Shown piece by piece: positions 11,248-23,200 of a stretch of DNA of 64,000 nucleotides. The stretch is taken from NCBI RefSeq assembly GCF_000315625.1, contig NW_005434664.1, positions 526,167-590,166 of the forward strand, written 5' to 3'. The notes below the pieces were generated by a model. The model saw nothing but the letters and a program-made list of their open reading frames with translations. It was not told the DNA's origin and searched no databases. A program made the position numbers and the translations under genes. Origin of the DNA: Guillardia theta CCMP2712 (lineage: Eukaryota; Protista; Cryptophyta). Numbering within the stretch: position 1 is the stretch's first letter; each line of letters opens with the position of its first letter.

Positions 11248-14200
11248 ATGGCGGGTCGACAGATGGGAATGGAGGACAACGAAGAGGGGGGCGAGAGAGG
11301 ATCTTAGAGAGGACAAGAAACTCACAGAGAGACACGACAATGAACTGAGCATGCACCGATGCTCATGTGCTCCCTGAGGATCAGCATGCCAGGAGACGAA
11401 ATGGATGGCTCAAGGCTATCAATTCGTTAAAGCTTTTGAGGGACGACAGCTCGTTTCTATCTATCGGTCCAACTTATCGTCTTGTCGATCTCATTGGTTC
11501 TGCACTGGCCGATGATGGTTGGATGGAGCTCGATCACGTTTACGTGTGACACCCCAACATTCCCAGCAAAAGAGAAGCTGAACAAGAGCATGTTCCAATG
11601 CTGATCGCTGCATGAAATTCTCTCGCTGTTGTTGAGCGAGGTGCTCCTCTGGTCATGCTGCAAGGTCGTGTTAGCAGTCGCAATGCTCGCACACCTTCGC
11701 GGCAAGCACGCAGTCACATTGTTCGATCTGACATTTCAGACTCGTCGTCGGATGCTGCCGAGGATACACCAAGCAAAACTCTCACTAGCAGCACTGGACG
11801 AGGGCTGTGGGATCGTTCCTCTCGACCAGGGACCAAGGTAGAGTTGCGCTGCCTTGTACTGCCCTGCTGAACACTGTGGCTTCAGCAGGCGAATCACCAA
11901 GAATCAGATTCTGAAATCAGCATGTCGAGCGACGATGGTTCAGGTTCAACCTCCTGCAGTCCTCTGCTTGCCCGTTGAATGTTTGAAAGTTTTGAATCGA
12001 CGGAGAGACGCCTCGAGCTATGCAGCTGATGGGCGTCAGGCGTCGCTACCGTCTCGATCGCAAAACGATTTCACTCCTGTGCGACATCAACGGCAGTCTA
12101 GCTCCGTCGAAGAAGTGCATGAGTTCGAGAGGTTTTACGGCAAGCAGCAGAGAGAGCTGGAGAGAGCGGGAAACAATGCTGTACTTAGAGCACAAGACGC
12201 TGCCAGGAATCATCGGTGAATCACCCGCAGCAATCTCTCCTTTGTTATGAACTGTGCTTGTAGGGCCAAGGTCGTCGAAAGTGACTCTGAAGATACATCG
12301 GAAGATGGCAAGAACATCCTTACCGATCGAATCTTCAGTAATCAAATGCAGGTGGTCGAAGTCACAAGGTGTTGAGCCAAGTGAAGATCAAAAAGGTTTG
12401 CAGTGATGCAGGACCCGCCTCTCTGATCCTCTCGCTAGTCTTGGGGCGACAGGAGTGACGACGATGTCTTTTCAGAAAGTAAGAAGTCAATGGAGAGAGG
12501 GTAAGACTTCGAAGTCCAAGACCATTGACTTCATGTCACTCCAGGTGACTCGGATCGAGGTCATTCTCGCCCGCAGAGGTTGTTTGTGCTTCCTTGCAGA
12601 TCTGCCTGACCTCTTCTCCTCCTCATCTCCAGCAGCCACTTGCAGCATCAGAAGCACCCACAATCAGCTGTAAAACGACTTCAACCCATCGAGAAAGACA
12701 ATGGAGGGTCGAGGAGGTTGAAGACAGCATCCAAGGAGCGCTTGAAGGAGGGTCGCTTGCAAGAGTTGGATCATCATTCCAAGCACAGCCCCGTGCCAAC
12801 GACTGCGGTAAACCACTGAACATTTCCAGACAGTGTCGCTGACTTGCGAGTCATCCTAAGGGGAAAGAAAAGGACAAGATGGCAAAGAACAACCCGCATC
12901 TTCAACCGATTGGAGTTCCGCACAACTTGGGAGGCGCTGCTGTCGCCCCTGGTGTCGGGAAAAAAGGTTCGAAACTGGCTGGTCTGCCAAGTCATGAGAA
13001 GCACGCGACGCCCGAAGTGATGTCGCAGAGGAGGAAGACCATGGAGGCGCTGAAAAAGTTGTTCCTCCTCTTGAAGAGCCTTCTCAGTCCTGACATGTTG
13101 CTGCAGAGAGATGGCACATGTTTCTTCCAGCAGCGAATTCAGCCATACAGACTCTGAGCTGTCGGATGCGCTAGCCAAGAGCAAGGGATTTCTTTCTAAG
13201 GTCTGCTCTGCTGTGTCATTTGCAGAGTTTATTCCATTTTCTTTCTATTGTTTCTTTCCTGTTTAAACTCTGCCCCATCCCTTGGATCACACGTACCTCC
13301 AAACTATTTCGTGATCTCACTCGTGCTTCATCTCCCTGATTCAGATCGGTGACTTCGATCAATTCCTCAACAATGTGCAAGAGCAAGTGACACCTGGACA
13401 GAAGAAAGTTGTAAGGTGAAGGATGTATCCAGCGAGACTGACGAACAGAACAGAAGAAGAACAAGAAGAAGGCAGAAGACTTGAATGAGCAGCCCAAGTC
13501 TAAAGGTGCAAGTGAAGCATCAGAACTTTCATGTTCTTCACACTTTTCGCAATCGCTGTGCAGGTAAGGAGATGAAGACCAAGACGCAGCTGATTGCCGT
13601 GTGGTGGCTCTCGCTCCTGGGGAAAGGGAAGGTGAGCATGCCAAACATCTCTCTGCGATGACGACAACAGAAGATTGCTGAGGCTGATTCTAGCAGTCGG
13701 ATGACGAGCCCGCGAGGTCCTCGAGTGAAGATTTCTCTAGGATGAACTACGTCAGCCCGAGTTTGGATCGAAAGGCCTCGCAGATCGAGGTGAACGCGCA
13801 GGAGCGAGAAGGAAGGTGAGAGATTTGTCTGTCTCTGGACACATCCTTCCATCACTGACCCCCTAGCCAAAACCTCACGACCCTCCTGCTCCCTCTTGAC
13901 CTCCTTGCCCTTTGCGGCAGCTGTCTTCCGTCTTCTCCCTGGCTCTCGGCATCTCTTTCTCAAGCTGACCTTCCGTTTGTGTGTGCAGCCTCTTGGCGGA
14001 GGAGAAACGATTGCTGGAAAAGCTCATGAAGCGCAAGGCTCAGCTCACAGAGCAGGAGAGAGCAATCTTAGAAGAGGTCGAGATGGTGAACAAGGAGAAA
14101 GAAGAGATCAAGCGAAGAGAAAAAGAGAATCGCGAAGTATCCGTCGTTGCTCCCTCCCTGCTCTTGATCTGTTCGTGAATCAGATGCTGAAGAAACTAAA

Positions 14201-17200
14201 AAGGGAAAAGAAACAGAGAGCAGAGCAGGACAAGGTAAGAGCACATGATTATGACCCTCCCTCATTACGTTCCCAGGTGACCAACGAGGAGCTCGAACGT
14301 CTCTGGAAGGAAAAAGAACTTCTACAGATGAATGTCTCGTCTGTCCGAGCTTCGTCTCAGCTGTTGATGTTTCCTGCAGGAGTACGACCATGTCAGGGAG
14401 ATCGAGAACCTTCAGAAGGAGAAGAAAGAATGGGAAGAGAAGTCGCAGGTGAACTGTAATGCCCCTTTCCCTCGCGTGACGATTCTCGCTCGTCCGTCAG
14501 AAAAAACGAGCTGAACTAGAAGCGATGCGGCACGAAGCAGCAGCACGGCATAAGCGAGCGATGCAACAGGAAGAGGAGCTGAGGATCCTTGAGAGCGCAA
14601 AGGAGAGTCAGGCCAAGAAGATAAAGGAACAGGGCGAAACATTGCAGCGAATAAGCTCGGAGCAGGAAAAGCTTGCTCTGGAAGAGGAAGAGAATCAGTG
14701 GGAGATCGAGAGCAAGAAACGAGAAGTGCAGGCAGTGAAGGAAAGGAATGAGTCTCAAAGGTTGAGAATCGAGAAGCTGCGGGAGGAGCTGCAAGTGCAC
14801 GAGGGCCATGCGGTTGACATGGAGCTGGAGATCGCAAGCTTGCAAAAGGAGATGGAAGAGGAGGGCCGGCAGAGAGACGAGCAGAGGCAGGAGATCGAGA
14901 GGCTCAGGGCTCAGCATGTGGAGTACGAGATGGTAGAGAAGAAGTACAAGGAAGAGAAGGAAAATTTGCTGCGGGACATGGAGCAACAGGCGGAAATGGA
15001 GAAGGAATATCAGGAAATGTTGGTGAGGCTGAAAATAGAGAGGCAAGAGCAGATCCGCCGAGATTCAGAACAGCGAAGGAGGATAGACGAACTCAAGTCC
15101 GCTACTCTGCGTGAATCCACCATCCTTGAAAAGCAGAACATGCAGATCAGACAGCTGGAAGAAGAGCTGGAGGAAGCACAGCGAAGAAGCGAAGAAGCTG
15201 CCGACGAGGTGGTGAGGCTGAAGGAGAAGCAGCAAGAGAAGAAAAGCAAGGAAGAGGAGATGAGTTTGACCCTGGAAAAGCTGAAGCGAGAGGAAGAGCA
15301 GAGAAGGAGACAAGAGGAGGAGAGGAAGGCAGAGATCGAGAGGCTCAAGGCGGCAAAGGCGGCACCGGATTACAGCGATCAGCTGGAGAAATTGAGGAAG
15401 GAGTTGGACGAGAGGACACAATCTGCCCTGAAGCAGCAGGAGGAATATGAGAGGCTGAGAACGAGAATCATGGAGGAGGAGGAGGAGATTCGACGTAAGG
15501 TGGAGTCACAGAGGCGGTTGGTAGAAATGGAGGAGTCGCAGAAGAAGAGGATGAAGGAAGAGATCAAATCGCTAGAGTCATCTCGCACATCCAACGAGGA
15601 GGAGCTGAAGAATCTAAAGAGCGCCAAGGAGGAACATAAGAAACTTGAAAAGAAACAACTCAAGCAGATCAGCAAAGTGAAAGCAGAAGTCGAAGAGTTT
15701 CTGCGCAAGGAGAAGGATCGTTCGTCAATGCTGGATAGGCTCCAGAAGACGAGAGCAACACAAGAGGCGAAGATGAAGGAGCAGGAGGAGGAGATCAGCG
15801 GACTTGTTGGCACCTGTGAGGAGATGGAAAGTCGCTGCAAGCAGCACGAGCAAGCGATTGATGCGCTGAAGCACAAGATCTCAGACTCATCAGGCCGAGA
15901 GGAGCTGCTGGGTAAAGAGCTGGAGCAGCTGAGAAATGAGCACCATGATATCCAGATACGTGACCTTGAGCTCACTAAGGAGCTGGAGAAATGGCGTGGG
16001 GAGGTTGAGGAGGCAGAAAAAGTTGCGGAGGAGAAGGAAAAATCGTTGGAAGTGCTGATGAGACAAAAGGAGGAGGCGGAGACAAGAGAGCAGGAGAATC
16101 AGAGGCTGATGGAGGAGCTGCTGGCCGAGAAGGAGCTGAGGGATCATAGAGAGAAGCAGAACGAAAGCATTCTCAGCGACATGCTCTCTCAGAAGGAGCA
16201 AGCCCAACGCCAGATGCAAGAGATGAAGGAAGAACTTGAACGATTGCGAGCATTGGAGCAGGCAGAGAGGGAGGTGTTCAGGCAGAAGGCAGCAGAACTG
16301 CAGAAAGAGCAACATGAAGTGGAAAGCGAGATGAAGAATGTGAAGAAAAAGCATGAGCAACAGAGCACCGCCATGAAGCAGCTGCAGAAGGAGCGGCAGG
16401 CACAGGAAGAGCGCGAGAAGAACTTGAAAATTCAATACGAAAAACTGATGAGTGAAAAAGAGAATCGCTCGTCACAGGAGCAGAAGTACAAGGAAGAGAT
16501 GGAGAAGCTGTCGGAGGAGAAGAAGATGAAGGAAAGAGAAGAAAAGGAGCTGATGCAAGAGATCAAGCGGTTGAAGCAGGAGAAACAGGAGCAGGAGAAG
16601 AAGAATTCTGAAAGTCGCTCGAGGATGGACAAGGTGAAGAAGGAGAGAGAAGACCTCAGGAGAAGAGAAATCTTGAGGAAGGAAGAGCTCAAGAGGTTGC
16701 AGAAGGAGAGCGAGGAAAGATCGGAACGTGAACGGGAGCAGGCGAGCTACGTCGAGATGCTTCGGGACCAGATGGCTGAGAGGGAAAGTTCGGAGAAAGA
16801 GCAGGTGGACAAGATCCGATCGCTGAAGAGAGAGATTGAGGAGCGAGCGGCGAGAGAGAAACAACAGAAGTCGGAGCTTGACTCCATCTTGGAGGAGCAA
16901 AAGAGACTACAGGAGCGAGAGCTGGAGAGGAGTGAGGAGCTGAAGCAGCTGATGGAAGAAAGAAGGATGCGAGAGCTGCGGGAGGAGAAGCAGAAGGAGG
17001 AGATCGAGAGACTTCTGCATGAGACGAAAACGAAATCAAAGGCCCTCGAGGTGGAGGATGACGCCATGAAGGCGATCGCGGAAGAGAGAAAGCTGAGGCA
17101 GAAAGCTGAGGAAGAGGCAAAGAAGCTGCTGGAAGAGATGAATGCAGAGAAGATGCAGATGTCAAGTGAAGCAGAGAAGAAGATTCGCCAGTTGGAGGTT

Positions 17201-18786
17201 GAGCGACAAGAGCTGCAAGACAAGATGAATCAAGACTTGCAGCTTTTCCAGCAAAATCTCGACGAAGAGAGGAAGGCAATGATCTCCAGGGCCCAGCAGC
17301 AGGAGCGAGAACTTGAGGAGCTTCACAAGAGGCAGCGGGACATGGAAGAGAAGATCAAGAAGCAGGAGCGAGTGCTCCTCGAGAAAGAGAAAGAGGCGCG
17401 TGCCAAGGAAGAGATCGAGAGAGCCCAAGCAGAAAAGCTCCGACTGCTACAGGGAGAGATTGAGATGAAGGAAGACAACATGCAGCTCATGAAGGTGAGA
17501 AAACCACTCGGGGGGGAAGGGGGGGCTAATGACTTTCTGATCTCATCAACAGGAGGAAATGAAGAGACTCAAAGAAGAAAGCGCTGCAAAGCAATCAACT
17601 GAAGCACACAAGATGGAAGAGCTCCAGAAACTGCAAAAAGAACTGGAGGAGATGTCGAAGAAGAAAAATCTGGTAGAGGACGAGGTTTCCAGCTTGCAGA
17701 AGGAAGTGCAGGAGGTAGTACTGGTGCTGTGCGTCAAAGAGATGATGTGGATCGGGCAGGTCAAGAAGCGAGAGCAGATGCAGGTAGATATTATCTCGAG
17801 GTTGAAGAGAGAACAAGCGGAGAAGGAGAAGAAGGAGCTCAGCTTTCAGAAGCAGGTGACGTCACTTCTGGGCATGCCACTGGTGGTCTGACTTGTTGCT
17901 CCAGGTGGAAATGATATCTGTGGAGAAAGAAAATGCACAAGTGAAGGTAGGGAGAGGAAGGGTTGAGGCTTACATGCCAGCGGGGGACGGCAAGGACGAC
18001 CATGACTGGGGCTGACGGTACCTAAAACCAGATCAAAGAGCTCGAGCAGGAGCTCACGGCTATTCGCGACAAGCGAGCTGTTCGTGAAGTATCCGAAGCT
18101 GTGGCAAGCGGCAGCAAGGTGAAGCTGACGGCGGAAGAGCAAGCTGCGTTCCAGGCATGTCGACATGGGCGGGAAGATGAGCTGTACAAGGTGAGAGGGA
18201 AAGGGAGGGACGCGGTTGTGACTCTTCGAAGCTCCTCGAGGAAAACGTTCACGTCAACGTGCGAAACGAAGCTGGAAACACTCTGCTCATGGTCGCCGCT
18301 CAGGTGATAGTCGATGATGGCTGGGAGGGAGTGACACAACATACGCTGCAGAACAACCAGAAGAAGATGTGCAAGGCAAGAAGCTTTTCGCTCTTCTTCT
18401 TCTGATCCTCCTCCTCAGATTCTACAGAACCGAGCTGCCGATCTCAACGCGCAGAACCGCATGGGTCAGACAGCTTTGCATTTCTCCTTCGCTTTTGGTA
18501 CGTCAAGTCTGCTTGCGATGTGCCGTGAGGCAGGCTCAGGCTACATGGAGTTGGGCAAGTGGCTGGTGAAGAAGGGAGCGAGCACCAACATCAAGAACAT
18601 CGAGGGCATGACGTGCTACGAAGGTGACGCACTCCCAGTTTCACCTACCTCAGCCATGCTGCCTCCCCTCTCCCTCTCTACCCCCCCCCTTTCCTCCTCC
18701 CCCCTTCTTTCTACTCCTAATTTCCTCTAGGTCTGAGCAAATCGCAACCTGCCATGCCATTTGTTGAGCGATATGTGAATGGATGA
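11248..18786 (+). CDS. Giant coiled-coil (E/K/R/Q-rich) protein with C-terminal ankyrin repeats
   Basis: A ~3 kb uninterrupted exon (~14500-17494) encodes a charged coiled coil. Terminal exons give AFQACRHG, GNTLLMVAAQ|NNQKKMCK|ILQNRAADLNAQNRMGQTALHFSFAFG|YMELGKWLVKKGASTNIKNIEGMTCYEG|LSK...VNG*. Linking the 11.2-13.7 kb exons to the same gene is inferred. Confidence 0.7.
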
Positions 18787-18860
18787 ATGTCTGATGTGTA
18801 TCAACCTAGCCATGTGTCGATCATTCGCCTTGCTCTCTTTGCTTTCTTTCATTCTCCACA

Positions 18861-19619
18861 TTATCGTCGGTCTCTCTCCTGCCCCTCAGCTCGGCACCGG
18901 AGGCTCTCGATCAGTCGCTCTTGCGAGGTCGCTATGTTCTTGTGCCTCAGCAGCATCTCCTGCATCTTCTCGTTCTCCTGCATGAGCCGCTCGACTCTGA
19001 CAGCCAGGTCACCGCCTGCTGGCATGCTGAGGGCGAGCAAGACCCTAGCGCAGAGCTTCTCCTCTCTCCTGCGTCTTCCCTTGATGAGCAGACGGTCCAT
19101 TCGTGCACGTTGAACACCATAGGCATGCAGCAGTCTCATGCCCCATCGCAGCAGGCACAAGCGACTCCTGTAAGCTGCGATCCTCAACCTGCCGTGGCAC
19201 CATACCTTGCAGGCGTTGTTTCTCTTCCAGAGCTGCAGTGCGAACTTGAGTATCGCCCGTGTATGCTGTCCCCCATCAGCGTCCGCTAGCCTGGCGATCT
19301 GAACATCACCAGCATTGTCTGAGTAAGCTGAAGGGACTCGCTCGGGAGTTGCGGGGCCACAAGGAGCAGGAGAAGCAGGTGTCTCCTTGCTCAGCAGCAG
19401 CGGAGTGAGGGGAGGCGAGGGGAAGGCCCATGAACAGTCGCGACTATCCGCGTTTTTAGCCACAGGTTTGAGGGGAGTTGGAGGTTTCAGATGAGAGAGA
19501 GAGCGTGGAGGGACTTCGCTGCCGGTGTGAGGGGAGGGAGGGGAGGGAGGGGAGGGAGGGGAGGGAGGGGAGGGACTTGCTTTCCTAGCGCAGGCAACAG
19601 GGAGGCATGGCAGCATGGC
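18861..19619 (-). CDS. Hypothetical Pro-rich protein with C-terminal coiled coil
   Basis: ~250-codon ORF with an (SPP)n stretch encoded by a 9-bp repeat at ~19531-19575; C-terminal VERLMQENEKMQEMLL. Confidence 0.4.
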   Translation of the reverse strand, partial: AMLPCLPVACARKASPSPPSPPSPPSPPSPHTGSEVPPRSLSHLKPPTPLKPVAKNADSRDCSWAFPSPPLTPLLLSKETPASPAPCGPATPERVPSAYSDNAGDVQIARLADADGGQHTRAILKFALQLWKRNNACKVWCHGRLRIAAYRSRLCLLRWGMRLLHAYGVQRARMDRLLIKGRRRREEKLCARVLLALSMPAGGDLAVRVERLMQENEKMQEMLLRHKNIATSQERLIESLRCRAEGQERDRR

Positions 19620-19714
19620 GGGAGGAGGAGTATCAAGATTCAAACCTGGAGGCGTGGTAGGCCCGCCGGATCTGAAGGCTCCGGCCGGACGGTTGAAGTT
19701 CGAACTTGATTCCG

Positions 19715-19831
19715 GAACTTCGGAAACTTGAAACTTGAAACTTGAAACTTCAAACTTGAAACTTGAAACTTGAAACTTGAAACTTCAAACTTCAAACGTC
19801 AAACTTTAATACGTTGAAACTTTCAAACTTT
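19715..19831. repeat. Heptamer tandem repeat (GAAACTT/CAAACTT)n
   Basis: About 10 near-perfect units plus degenerate flanking units, between divergent genes. Confidence 0.9.
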
Positions 19832-20201
19832 GCTGTTGTCTGCCTCGACATCTCCACCCCCTCTTTCATCTCTTCTACCACCCCTTCTTTTCCAATCAGC
19901 GTCACTATGCTGCAGTAATCCGCTGCTCCTTCTCCTCCTCTCCCCTCCACCTCCTCTATCACCTCCACCTTCTCTATCACTTCTTCACTATCTATCACTA
20001 CTTCACCCTCTACCACCTCCATCTCCTCTTTCATTACTATACCTTCCTCCTACCTCTCCTTCTCGACACGAAAATCGCCTCTACTTTCCCGCTCCCCCCC
20101 CCTGCCTCTTTGAAACCTCACGCCCAGCAAGCAGCCACCGCTCTCCTCTCCCCTCTCCCTTCTAGCCTCTCCTCGGTTTCTTTACCTTTGTTGAGAGCCG
20201 C

Positions 20202-23200
20202 ATGGACAATTATCATAAGCAGGATCTGAAAGACTTCTTGCACCGAGTTCTCTCGCCTACAGTGCTTGTCCTCCCAACAGGAGATGCCGAGAAGGTTGCT
20301 CGCAAGAATGAGCTCTCCTTCATTGACCTGCTCCGTCCATGCTCACTGGTTGACACCTCCCCTATCGCTGTTCACACTACCCGTGATCAACCATGGCGGG
20401 TGCCTCGTATGAACATTCGGTTTGTGGAGAGTGGGGAGGTGGAGCAAGCGCCCGAAGAGTTTGTGGATGTTGTGCTGGATGGCGTGATCGCATCTTCGGC
20501 TTCCACTGCCCAAGGTCTCATCCCCGAGATCAAAAGCAAAGAAAGCGCCGCCCTCGTCACCCAGGACAAGACAGAGAGAGACCTGGCGCCATGGTTCGTT
20601 GACTACCGCGAGGAGCTGCAGCGAGGGCTGCGATGTAGTGACCATGAGTACTTTGACCATCCCATTGCAGCCATCCTTGTTGTCTCTTCGCAAGAGGTGG
20701 ATGTGGTAAGTGGAGAAGGGCTCGCCTTGCTCTTGTCTACTTGTGCTTCCTGCATTGACATCTGAGCTGTGCGGCAGATCTCCAAGCTTATGGCTCTCAT
20801 GTCCATCGATGCTCTTCCCGCCTTGTTCCGAGAAGGCCTAATGGACCCCAACATGCTCAAGCATTATGTGCTGCTCCATGACAACCAGGAAGATGGAGGA
20901 GCGAGAGAGCGAGCAGAGGAGAGTCTTCGTCTGATGTGAGCCTTGCCACAGCCATGGTCATGCCGTGATGTTGCTCATCGCAGGAAGGAGACGCTCGGAG
21001 CTCCCTCCTGCTCCCTCCTGTGCATCAACTCGAACGAGAAAGGCGCTGCCGGCCCAAGTGACGACATCTGGACATGCCACAGGCCTCACGCTGCTAAGAT
21101 GGACATTCCGCCGCTAGAAGAGAACAGGAGAAGAGGAGCCTTCTTGTCTCCTGCTGACTGCGACGCCATCACCCGCTTCGTCTCCGAGTTCGTCACCAAG
21201 TCTCTTGTGCCTCATATGGACAAGCGGGTCCGCATGCTTAATAATCAGGTGGATGTAGAGACAAGAGGGAAGAAGAAGAATCGTGAGGACGAGAAAAGGA
21301 AGGGAGGTGGAGGTAGAATATGCAGGACGGGGAGCCAGGAGAGAAATAGATGAGGACGAGGAGATGTGGGAAGCATCTGATCGCTAAGCAGGTGACGGCG
21401 GTGAGGAAAGGAATCAAGAATCAGTTCAAATCCTGGGGGAGCTCTCTCTTCGGGAAGCCTTCGGTACCCTGCGCTATCGAGCTTCTGTAGAACTGTGTCT
21501 AAGCTGTTGTTGCCATAGGGTGAAGCAGGACGGGAAGGTTTCATCGAAGGGTCCGAAGCTTCTGGCCCCATCTACCTCTACACGTCCACAGAGGGACAGG
21601 TTCCTCTCCTCCTGTCTTGTTGCCAGCCTTCTCCTTTGGTCTTGCTTACCTTCCCTTCGTTTCCATTTCTTTACCTCCCTGCTTGTCTTGCTGCCTTGTC
21701 ACTTGGAGATTGCAGATTCGAGCGCTAGCAGATCTTGCGTTCATGCTCCATGACTATGACCTTGCGTTGTCACACTACAAGCTTGTTCAGGGTGATTTCA
21801 AGGTTTTCTCTTCCATCTGTCCTCCTGCTTCCTGCTTGTATCCCCTCTTCCTTCCATCCCACATGTCGCTTTCTTCTTTCCTCTCTCCCCATCGTTGCCC
21901 GCTGTGATTCTCATTCTCATTGTTGATTCTTGCAGCGCGACAAGGCATGGAGGCATGTGGCAGGTGCTTCTGAGATGTCAGCGATTTGTCACTTCATGAT
22001 GGTGATGAACAAAGACCAGCAGCTCTTCGTTTCTCTTTCACTCTCTCTCCTCCTCCCTCCTCGCTTTCTCTCCTTGATTCACTTTCTTGTTGTCTTCTTA
22101 TATTTTTCAACTTCAGTCACCCGATACGAAGAAGCATGTTCAAGATGAGTACCTAGACAATGCTTTCATCAACTATCAAAGATTCGGTCGGGTCCGCCAC
22201 TCCCTACGCCTCTCTTTCCTCCATGCCGACATTCTCCGAGCTCGCGGCAAATTTGTTGAGGCAGCTGAGAAGGTAGGAGAAGCGAGCACACGCTTTCTGC
22301 TTGACCTCCTTCTTTTCTCGATCATGTCCGGGTTGTGAGTTTCCTTCCATAGCTGATCCGTATCACGGCAACCGACAATAACGATCTTCGGTCTGCCATC
22401 TTGTATGAGCAGGTGACCCCCCGCTTCCCCTCCTCTCCATCCTCTTGTGTCTCTGCTCTTCGTTCCACTCTCAACCTTGTCCGCTCCTCACGTTTACCCA
22501 GGCCGCTCTCTCATTCCTGCAGGTGCGAGGAGGAGGAGGAGCACAAGTGAGAAAGTACGCGCTGCATCTGGTGCATGCGGGGCATCGCTACCTCAAGGGA
22601 GGGCACAAGGCGCACGGCCTGCGCTGCTACCTCGCGGCGCTGCAGGTCTACGAGACAAGAAACTGGACGCACATCGACGACCATCTCTACTCGGCGCTCG
22701 CCAAGCACTCAATTGCCATGCACATGCTCCCACAGGCTGTCTCCTTCTACGTGAAGCTGCTGGGTAACCAGGAGGGCAAGCCCGCTGAGCGTCAGCTCAT
22801 CTACCTCCGCGACTTCGCGCTTGTCATGCGGCAGCACTGTCCCCAGCTGGTGATCTCAGACCTGCGGCTGCCGCTCATCAAGGACACGGGGCTGAGCATC
22901 TGCCGTAGTGAACCCAACGCTGATGAGGAGGCTGTGAGCGCGAACCTGAGCAAGGACTGCATCCTGACGTGGAGCGACCTGGAGGAGGCGCTTGTGGACG
23001 CTCGCAGATGGAGAGAGCGGGTGAGGCAAAGCAAGAGCACGTTGCAGAACTTGCGAGCAGCGCTACCTGAAGCTGCCCCTCGCAACAAGCGATGCATCGT
23101 GGTGGACGAGGAGACGACTTTCAGCCTCGACCTCGTGAACCCGTTGCAAATCCCTCTGGAGCTGAACAGCTTCACCCTTGAGTATGAGTTCTCCTCCTCC

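Noticed and set aside
14516-17428. Numerous minus-strand Leu/Ser/Phe-rich ORFs
   Set aside because: Shadow frames of the E/K/R-rich coiled-coil exon.
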